DNA of 57,212 nucleotides, from positions 1 to 57,212 of the forward strand of contig JBBTWD010000004.1 in assembly GCA_038062915.1 (NCBI GenBank). Direction: 5' to 3'. The DNA is from Patescibacteria group bacterium (GTDB lineage: Bacteria; Patescibacteriota; Microgenomatia; UBA8517). Positions 50,401 through 57,212 of the stretch are shown here, piece after piece. Under the pieces are notes generated by a model, which did no database searches, was not told the DNA's origin, and saw only the letters and a list, made by a program, of their open reading frames with translations. The position numbers and the translations under genes are program-made. How positions within the stretch are numbered: the stretch's first letter is position 1; each line of letters opens with the position of its first letter.

Positions 50401-51618
50401 TTATCTGTCAAGGAGTTTGATTACCTCATCAAAACTTAGAAGTTTACTTTCACTTGAAGTTCTTTCTTTCCATTCTATTTTATCTCCAGTTTTATCAGAT
50501 ACAACCAGTCTCACGGGAACCCCAATTAAATCAGCATCGGCAAATTTCTCTCCTGCGGGGATGTCTCTATCGTCCCATAGAACTTCTACACCAGCTTTCG
50601 TGAGCATTTCATAAACTTTCTTGCCCCTCGGAGCTTCAGCGGAGTGGGGACCATTTAAGCCAACTAGATGTATATCAAACGGTGAAACTTCTTTAGGCCA
50701 AATAATACCATTGTCATCATGAAAAACCTCGACCAGGGTCCCCATGACACGAGTCGATCCTATACCATAACTTCCAAACCAAACTGGTTTTTTCTTACCC
50801 ATATTGTCCATATAATAAAACCTCATTCGCTCGGCATACCAGGTACCTAGCGGAAAAATATTCCCAACCTCAATTGATTTTGCACTTTTATAATCATTTT
50901 TATCTCCTTCCATAATTTCTTCATTAACTGCCTCTTTATCGCCTTCTTTCCAATAGATAGTATCCTCACCCGCGTCGGAAAGTACTTGGAATTCATGAGT
51001 AAATTTATCTGTAAATACCCCACCAGAAGCTTTGACAATTTTAAAATTAAAGCCTAACCGAGTGAAAATTTTAGAATATGCACTTTTAACTTTTTCATAA
51101 TAATCCATTAAATCTTCCTCTGAAGTATGTGCAGAATAAAGATCTTTCATCATAAATTCCCGTCCTCTTAAAATTCCGCTTTTAGCCCTTAACTCGTTTC
51201 TAAATTTCGTAGAAAAGTGATAAATGGCAACAGGTAAATCTTGATAACTTGTAATATTTTTACGGAGCAAATCCATTACAATTTCCTCATGGGTAAACGA
51301 TAAGGCAAATTCTTTTTTCCTGGAATCAGTTAATTTATACATCACCTCATCCGCTTTGTCCCACCTACCTGTTTCATTCCAAATCTCTTTTGGATGAAGA
51401 AGGGGCATTAACATTTCCTGTCCTCCAATAGCATTTATTTCCTCCCTGATTATCTGATTAATTTTTGCAACGACACGGAAACCTAATGGGAGAAGGGTCC
51501 AGCTTCCTGCCATAAGCTGATCAATAAATCCGGCCTTAACTAAAAGTTTGTGGTTAATACTTTCAGCATCTTTAGGGGCTTCTTTGCGAGTTTTTGGGAA
51601 AAGAACTGACTGCTTCAT
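50401..51618 (-). CDS. proS: Proline--tRNA ligase without INS editing domain
   Basis: N-terminal FPKTRKEAPKDAESINHKLLVKAGFI, class II motifs (FRNELRAKSGILRGREF) and a C-terminal anticodon-binding domain. Confidence 0.9.
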   Translation of the reverse strand: MKQSVLFPKTRKEAPKDAESINHKLLVKAGFIDQLMAGSWTLLPLGFRVVAKINQIIREEINAIGGQEMLMPLLHPKEIWNETGRWDKADEVMYKLTDSRKKEFALSFTHEEIVMDLLRKNITSYQDLPVAIYHFSTKFRNELRAKSGILRGREFMMKDLYSAHTSEEDLMDYYEKVKSAYSKIFTRLGFNFKIVKASGGVFTDKFTHEFQVLSDAGEDTIYWKEGDKEAVNEEIMEGDKNDYKSAKSIEVGNIFPLGTWYAERMRFYYMDNMGKKKPVWFGSYGIGSTRVMGTLVEVFHDDNGIIWPKEVSPFDIHLVGLNGPHSAEAPRGKKVYEMLTKAGVEVLWDDRDIPAGEKFADADLIGVPVRLVVSDKTGDKIEWKERTSSESKLLSFDEVIKLLDR

Positions 51619-51625
51619 ATGGGGT

Positions 51626-52714
51626 CTATTTTACAATGTTTTCGATAAAACCAGAAATTCCTCCGGCCGAGATGAGGCGGCGAATATCATGGGTTGTTAT
51701 AGCTAGTATTAAAATAAGCAAAATTATCATTCCGATGGAATGAATGGCCGCTTCAACTTTAGGTACTACTTTTCTACCAATTATTTTTTCAATAAAAATG
51801 AATAGAAGCCTACCCCCATCAAGCGCTGGGAAAGGTAAAATATTTAAAATCGCCAAATTAACAGATAATATTCCAACAAAGTTAACTAGGGCCAAAATCC
51901 CAATTTTGGCAACTTGAGACGTTACCGCAAAAATTCCAACTGGTCCTGCAACATCTTTGGGAACCTCTCCCTGTAAGAGATTTGTGAATAATGATCCAAA
52001 GCCTAAAATAACTGTTTTGCCCCAAAATAAAGCCTCTTTAAATCCATAGTAGGCGCCATAAAATGGCCGTAAGTATATTGGAGGAAAATAAATCTCTGTG
52101 GTTGTAATCACTACCCCAAGTGGCCCCTCACCCGAAGGAGGTGTTTCTCTTGGAATAAGTGTGAGTTTCTTTGTTTCAGTTTCGACAACAACTTTTTTTC
52201 CTTTTTTCTCTCCTACAAACTTAATAAAGTCATCAACTTCAAATACTTCTCTACCATCAACTTTTTTAATTATATCTCCTACAATTATCCCCGCTACTTG
52301 CGCAGGGGACCCAGCTGAAACGTCAACCACTTTCACACGACCCATATCTCTTGGGATTCCCGAAAATGAATAAACAATAGAAAATGCAAATACTGCTAAA
52401 ATAAAATTCATTAAAACTCCAGCAATAACTACGGCGATTCGGACTTTTTTGCTTTTGTTTAAAAAGGCTCTGTTAGGGTTGGTAACCATAGATTCATCCT
52501 GCTCTCCATGAAGTCTGACAAATCCACCAAATGGAAGAAGATTGATAGAATAAATTGTTTCCCCTATTTTTTTGCCAAAAACTCTTGGGGGTAATCCAAA
52601 ACCAAACTCCTCGACCCAAATTCCATTTCTTTTAGCTACCCAATAATGTCCAAATTCATGGACAATGACAAGGATCGAAAGAACTATAAAGAAAATTAAA
52701 ATAGAGAAAAACAT
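51626..52714 (-). CDS. rseP: RIP site-2 metalloprotease (M50, RseP-like)
   Basis: HEFGHYW (HExxH), one PDZ (AGIIVGDIIKKVDG) and a C-terminal NLAILNILPFPALDGG. Confidence 0.85.
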   Translation of the reverse strand: MFFSILIFFIVLSILVIVHEFGHYWVAKRNGIWVEEFGFGLPPRVFGKKIGETIYSINLLPFGGFVRLHGEQDESMVTNPNRAFLNKSKKVRIAVVIAGVLMNFILAVFAFSIVYSFSGIPRDMGRVKVVDVSAGSPAQVAGIIVGDIIKKVDGREVFEVDDFIKFVGEKKGKKVVVETETKKLTLIPRETPPSGEGPLGVVITTTEIYFPPIYLRPFYGAYYGFKEALFWGKTVILGFGSLFTNLLQGEVPKDVAGPVGIFAVTSQVAKIGILALVNFVGILSVNLAILNILPFPALDGGRLLFIFIEKIIGRKVVPKVEAAIHSIGMIILLILILAITTHDIRRLISAGGISGFIENIVK

Positions 52715-52726
52715 AAAAAGAGTATA

Positions 52727-53281
52727 TCAGATTTGTAGAAGTTCGGTTTTTTTCTTTTCCCCAATTTCCTCAATTTTTCCTATAAATTGATCGGTTAATT
52801 CTTGCAATCTTTTTTCCTGACCAAACTTTTCATCTTCAGTAACACTTTTTTCTTCAAATTTTTTCTTTATCTCATGCATCTCATCTCCTCTAATTTGCCT
52901 GATCATAACTTTGCCGTTTTCGAGCTTTGCTGAAAGGAGCTTTACATATTTTTCGCGGTCTTCAGTGGTTAAAGGTGGCATAGAAATTCTAATTATCTCT
53001 CCATCAATTGACGGATTCATTCCGATATTTGCGGCTTCTATTCCCTTTCTAATATCCCCAATTATGCTTTTGTCGTATGGAGAAATTACAATTTGTGATG
53101 GATCCGGGGCTGAAATACTAGCTAGTTCCATTATTCGCAAGCGTTGCGTGCTACCGTATGCTGGGACAATAATATTTTCTACCAAAGATGGTGTTGCGCG
53201 ACCCGTCCGAATAGTTCCTACATCTGAAGTTAATAAATCAATTACTTTTTGAAACTTTGAAGTGATTAAATTTTCATCCAT
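52727..53281 (-). CDS. frr: Ribosome recycling factor
   Basis: IRTGRATPSLVENI..., LTTEDREKYVK and a family-typical length. Confidence 0.9.
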   Translation of the reverse strand: MDENLITSKFQKVIDLLTSDVGTIRTGRATPSLVENIIVPAYGSTQRLRIMELASISAPDPSQIVISPYDKSIIGDIRKGIEAANIGMNPSIDGEIIRISMPPLTTEDREKYVKLLSAKLENGKVMIRQIRGDEMHEIKKKFEEKSVTEDEKFGQEKRLQELTDQFIGKIEEIGEKKKTELLQI

Positions 53282-53709
53282 ACTACTCGTCCCAGTTTAA
53301 TGTTTTCCCCAGTTTTTGCAACAACCTCCTTTATTAAATCACCAACTTTTTTTGAAGGGTCTTTAATGTAATCTTGATTAACTAAATCATTATCCCCCAT
53401 CGAAGCTATCTGCATAGCAATATTTTTACCTAAATTTTCAAAAAGTTCGTTTTTTACTACAAAATCTGTCTCACAAAGTAGTTCAACTACACTCACTATT
53501 TTCCCTGTGTGATGATTATATGTAAATATCTTACCTTGTGAAGTAACTCTACCCTCTCTTTTTTCGGCCTTTTCAAATCCTTCTTTTCTTAAAATCTCAA
53601 GTGCCTTCTTCTCTCCAAATTCCTCCAAAGCCTCTTTTACCCTAGTAATCGGAGCCCCCGTTTCTTCTCTAAGCTTTTTTAGTTGGTTTACGTTTATTTT
53701 TGCCATCAA
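53266..53709 (-). CDS. tsf: Elongation factor Ts (compact, 147 aa)
   Basis: LKKLREETGAPITRVKEALEE UBA-like N-terminus and a CETDFV core block. It overlaps the rpsB 3' end by ~40 nt. Confidence 0.8.
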   Translation of the reverse strand: MMAKINVNQLKKLREETGAPITRVKEALEEFGEKKALEILRKEGFEKAEKREGRVTSQGKIFTYNHHTGKIVSVVELLCETDFVVKNELFENLGKNIAMQIASMGDNDLVNQDYIKDPSKKVGDLIKEVVAKTGENIKLGRVVWMKI

Positions 53710-54376
53710 GTATCGCTTCTTTAACCAATTCTAGTATATAAGTTACAGCCCTACTAGCATCATCATTCATCGGTATTGGATAATCGATCATGTCAGGATC
53801 AGAGTTACTGTCGACAATCCCTATAATTACAACCCCTTTTCTCGACGCTTCGCGAACTGCTGGGGCTTCTTTTTTGGTGTCTACAATAAATAAAACTTCA
53901 GGGCTTTTATCAAGGCCAGCCAGCCCTCCAAAAAACCTCTCAAGTCTTGTGATTTCTCTTTCTATTAAAAGCCTCTCTTTTTTGGTAAATTCGTTATATT
54001 CTCCTTCGGCCATTTTGGTTTTCATCTCTGGAAGCTTTTTGATAGATTTTTTAATTTGCTCAAAATTTGAGATGGTTCCACCCAGCCATCTTTCAGAAAT
54101 AAATGGTGTTGATGTTTGAGTTCCTACTTCTATAATTTTGTCTTTGATTTGTTTTTTGGTTCCAAGTAAAAGAATGGTCTTACCCTCCATAGCCGACTTT
54201 TTCAAAAATTCGAGAGCCGGCTCAAGGGCCGCTTTTGTTTTAGTTAAATCAAAAATATGAACGCCCTTTTCCTGTCCATACAAATACTCCTCCATTTTTG
54301 GATTCCAGCGCTTTGTCTGGTGCCCAAAATGAGCACCCGACTCAAGCAGTTCTTCAAGTTTAATTTTTGTAGCCAT
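53669..54376 (-). CDS. rpsB: 30S ribosomal protein S2
   Basis: LLESGAHFGHQTKRWNPKM, GTKKQ and IVDSNSDPDMIDYPIPMNDDA. Confidence 0.9.
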   Translation of the reverse strand: MATKIKLEELLESGAHFGHQTKRWNPKMEEYLYGQEKGVHIFDLTKTKAALEPALEFLKKSAMEGKTILLLGTKKQIKDKIIEVGTQTSTPFISERWLGGTISNFEQIKKSIKKLPEMKTKMAEGEYNEFTKKERLLIEREITRLERFFGGLAGLDKSPEVLFIVDTKKEAPAVREASRKGVVIIGIVDSNSDPDMIDYPIPMNDDASRAVTYILELVKEAILDGKNKRKPTKKA

Positions 54377-54399
54377 TAGAGAGGTATTATACGTTCAAC

Positions 54400-54897
54400 C
54401 TAGAGTCTTTTCAATGCCACTTTGTTAATTTTGATATTCTCCAATGCCGACTTACTTGCGGCGTGAGCTAGGTGGATTGCGGTTTTGGCATCAGAATAGG
54501 CGTTTTTGTTACCAATTTTGCCTATATGGAAAGCTAATTTCTCTGTTTCTATCGCAAGTCTCCTGACTTCCATCGGTACTTCAATTGCGTATCTAAGTGA
54601 CTTTTTAATTAATTCTTTATCTTTAGTTTTGTATGAAGAAAGTACTTTATCAAACGCCTTTTTATCTTCCTCGGCTAGTCTCTCGAACTTTTTCTTAAAT
54701 TCTAGAGATTCTTTGTGAATTTTAATAACATTTTTTTGAACTTTCTCATAACCCAATTTATCTATTGTTAAATTACAAACCATTTCAACGAGTGACGCCG
54801 CAAAAGATCCAGCCAGAGCCGCAACAACCCCACCTCCTGGAGTCGCATTTTTACTTCCTAATTCTTTTTGAAATTGTTTAAGTGTTGTATTGAACAT
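54400..54897 (-). CDS. Formiminotetrahydrofolate cyclodeaminase-family protein
   Basis: ATPGGGVVAALAGSFAASLVEMV is the typical N-terminal block of the FtcD C-domain family. Confidence 0.75.
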   Translation of the reverse strand: MFNTTLKQFQKELGSKNATPGGGVVAALAGSFAASLVEMVCNLTIDKLGYEKVQKNVIKIHKESLEFKKKFERLAEEDKKAFDKVLSSYKTKDKELIKKSLRYAIEVPMEVRRLAIETEKLAFHIGKIGNKNAYSDAKTAIHLAHAASKSALENIKINKVALKRL

Positions 54898-55772
54898 TAT
54901 TCGTACAATTTCTTTTCTAAAACCTGGTCACTTTTAAAAGTATCTGCTTTGAAAACTTCTTTAACTGCGCGAACCAAAGATTCAAGCGGAATCATACCAT
55001 AGATTTCAGAATTTTTAATTTTAACGCTTAATTTATCTGCCTCTCTCTTCACCGCGTCAAACGTGGCATCGAAGTTAGTCTTCTCGAAATCAACTAAATT
55101 CATGGAAACTTGAGCCATTCCATCGACCAAAAACCCTAAAGCTTTAACGGCCGGGAGTCCCCCATCTTTTTCGCGAATTTTCTTGGCAATATCTTTAGCT
55201 ATTTGAACATTAGGTGTATCAAGGTTTACATTAAAAGCTACCAAATATTTTCTTGCCCCGATCACAACCGCCCCGGCAGTCGGATGTATTTTATTTGGCC
55301 CATAATCTGGCTTCTTCATTTTAACTCTCATGCTCTCCAGCTCTCCTGCTCTGACGTCAGCCAGGTTCCTATATTCTTCTTTCTTAGCTGACTCCTCATA
55401 CATAAAAACTGGAATTTTAAGCTCACCAGATACCTTTTTGGCTAGTTTATTGGATAGTGTTACACATTCCTCCATTGAAATACCCGATATAGGAACAAGG
55501 GGAACCACATCAGTAGCTCCAATTCTAGGGTGCTCACCAACGTGCTTATTCATATCGATCAACTTTATGGCTACTTTTATTGATTCAAAAACTGAAGTTA
55601 AAACTGCTTCCGGATTCCCAACGATTGTAAAAAGCATGCGATTATGGTCTTTGTTATATTCAAGGTCGAAGACTTTGACACCCTTAGTTTTGGCTGCATC
55701 AAAAATAGAGTTAATAATTTTGAGATCCCGCCCCTCACTAAAATTCGGCACACATTCAACTACTTTTTGCAT
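54897..55772 (-). CDS. Glutamate formimidoyltransferase
   Basis: VECVPNFSEGRD N-terminus and an FtcD N-domain layout. 1-nt overlap with the cyclodeaminase gene. Confidence 0.8.
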   Translation of the reverse strand: MQKVVECVPNFSEGRDLKIINSIFDAAKTKGVKVFDLEYNKDHNRMLFTIVGNPEAVLTSVFESIKVAIKLIDMNKHVGEHPRIGATDVVPLVPISGISMEECVTLSNKLAKKVSGELKIPVFMYEESAKKEEYRNLADVRAGELESMRVKMKKPDYGPNKIHPTAGAVVIGARKYLVAFNVNLDTPNVQIAKDIAKKIREKDGGLPAVKALGFLVDGMAQVSMNLVDFEKTNFDATFDAVKREADKLSVKIKNSEIYGMIPLESLVRAVKEVFKADTFKSDQVLEKKLYE

Positions 55773-56148
55773 ATTTTTCTAGCTTCTTATCAAAAGTGAA
55801 AATGTCATAACCTTCAATCCCAGATCTAGACGCTAAGTAAGAATCCACAAAACTTAAATTTGCTGATTTAAAAATTTTTAGCCCTTTTAAAATAAAGTCA
55901 CGATTTTCTACTTCAAAATAGTTAGACGAGGCAAGCGACTCTAAAGCTACTAATACTTTTTCTTTTGAATAATTATAGTGTGAAGTTAGTGTAAAATATG
56001 ATTCAAAAAAAATAATTTCGGGAACCACCAATTTCAGTTTACCTATTTTTACTTCATTAACTTTGGCTTTAATAAGGCGAAATTGCGAAGGAACATCACC
56101 CAGCAAAAACCTCAGAATTGCGTTTGTATCGACCAGAAAAGTTTTCAT
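55756..56148 (-). CDS. VapC-like PIN-domain toxin
   Basis: FLVDTNAILRF first acidic block and FVDSYLA / FTFDKKL later blocks. Confidence 0.8.
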   Translation of the reverse strand: MKTFLVDTNAILRFLLGDVPSQFRLIKAKVNEVKIGKLKLVVPEIIFFESYFTLTSHYNYSKEKVLVALESLASSNYFEVENRDFILKGLKIFKSANLSFVDSYLASRSGIEGYDIFTFDKKLEKYAKSS

Positions 56149-56387
56149 TTAATAACATCTTGAGCCATAGCTTTCGCAACAACATTTTCAAGTTGCTTAT
56201 TTGTTAATGGCTTTTTATTCGTTTTAAACGAACCAGCGAGGGATAAAAAATCAGGAACCGATTTAATCTTAATTCCGTCATCTTCAGCATAAATCAAGAC
56301 ATTTTTATTTTTGTCCAAACCATAAAGGCGTCTAAGTTTAACTGGAATACTAATCTGACCTTGATATGTAACAGAACCTGGGTACAT
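56145..56387 (-). CDS. AbrB/SpoVT-family antitoxin (VapB-like)
   Basis: QGQISIPVKLRRLYGL swapped-hairpin motif. 4-nt overlap with the PIN gene. Confidence 0.75.
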   Translation of the reverse strand: MYPGSVTYQGQISIPVKLRRLYGLDKNKNVLIYAEDDGIKIKSVPDFLSLAGSFKTNKKPLTNKQLENVVAKAMAQDVIK

Positions 56388-56433
56388 ACATTAATGTTAT
56401 ACTCTCACATTACTTTTGTCAAGTTGCATTAAA

Positions 56434-57105
56434 TTATCTCTCTACTCCTTTACTCTCACTTTCAATTAAACCGATGAGTGATAATCTTTTTGTTGTTTCT
56501 CTTATCAAATCCATACGCACTTGTTCAATTTCATTGCTTGCATCTATAATAATCCAGCGGGCGTCTATCTCTGCCATTTTTATATAGCCCCTTCTTACTC
56601 GTTCGTAAAATTCTTTATCCATAGCATCCATTCTGTTCCACTCTAGAGTATTTTTTTTACGACCATGGCCAATCTCTGGATCAATATCCAGAAGAATTGT
56701 TAAATCAGGAGTTAAACCACCCGTTGCATAATCGATAAGCCAATTGATTCGTGCTATATTTTGCTTGTGTCCAAAACCCTGATAGGCTATTGTTGAATCA
56801 AAAAACCTGTCACAAATTATTATCTCATTTTTATTTAATCTAGATTTTAATTCTTGTTCAACTATTTGTGCCCTAGAACTTTGATACAGCAACGTTTCTG
56901 TTCGGGGGTGCATTTCTGTATTTTTCAAATCATGAAGCACTTCGCGGATTTGTTCACCAATTGAAGTTCCACCCGGCTCACGAGTTGGGTAAACAATAAA
57001 ACCCTTCTCTCTTAAATGTTCAACAAGGTATGGAATATGACTAGTCTTTCCAGTACCTTCCCCCCCCTCAAGATTTATTAAAAATCCCTGAGCCAGTTTT
57101 TGCAT
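56434..57105 (-). CDS. tmk: Thymidylate kinase
   Basis: FLINLEGGEGTGKTS P-loop, REPGGT and a DRF block. Confidence 0.9.
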   Translation of the reverse strand: MQKLAQGFLINLEGGEGTGKTSHIPYLVEHLREKGFIVYPTREPGGTSIGEQIREVLHDLKNTEMHPRTETLLYQSSRAQIVEQELKSRLNKNEIIICDRFFDSTIAYQGFGHKQNIARINWLIDYATGGLTPDLTILLDIDPEIGHGRKKNTLEWNRMDAMDKEFYERVRRGYIKMAEIDARWIIIDASNEIEQVRMDLIRETTKRLSLIGLIESESKGVER

Positions 57106-57212
57106 ATGTAGCGCAAATTACCTTAACCAAACAAAAACTTCAAGGAGAGAAATCAAACTGAGTAGGCTGAGATACATCGGTTACACTTCTAAGTTAAAAT
57201 AGCCTTTAAGAA

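Overview
Low-GC, gene-dense bacterial segment, mostly transcribed on the minus strand. Several housekeeping proteins are unusually compact: 147-aa EF-Ts, 405-aa ProRS without an editing insertion, 232-aa RF1 without domain 1, 312-aa YchF and 412-aa CysRS. Together with the patchy metabolism, this suggests a reduced, CPR/Patescibacteria-like genome (inference only). The left ~27 kb (1-27100) is accessory. It holds a defence island (type I R-M with a fused HsdM-HsdS, an RloC-like anticodon nuclease, a DUF2130 nuclease-like protein and an SNase), a set of small nucleotide/phosphoester enzymes, and a four-step histidine cluster headed by a class IIb aaRS-like paralogue. It also holds a MoaA-like / B12 radical-SAM neighbourhood. 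This block is bracketed by two fragments of a large serine recombinase and by a perfect 215-bp inverted repeat (464-678 / 26397-26611), next to a ~0.9-kb GC-rich, hairpin-dense non-coding island. The right ~30 kb is core: murD, dnaB, hisS, rpmE, prfA-like, rpsF-ssb-rpsR, ychF, cysS, recR-ybaB-dnaX, ybeY, proS, rseP, frr-tsf-rpsB and tmk, interspersed with HicBA, VapBC, an orphan PIN and an unannotated Phd-like ORF. The best-supported new calls are four. (1) A canonical T-box leader with a predicted His specificity sits upstream of a mini DapF-fold protein plus hisS. (2) The repeat/recombinase architecture sits around the accessory block. (3) A murD / PP-loop ATPase / unknown operon may be a MurD2-MurL-type route. 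(4) Heptanucleotide tandem repeats are embedded in frame in essential genes. No rRNA, tRNA or CRISPR array was found.
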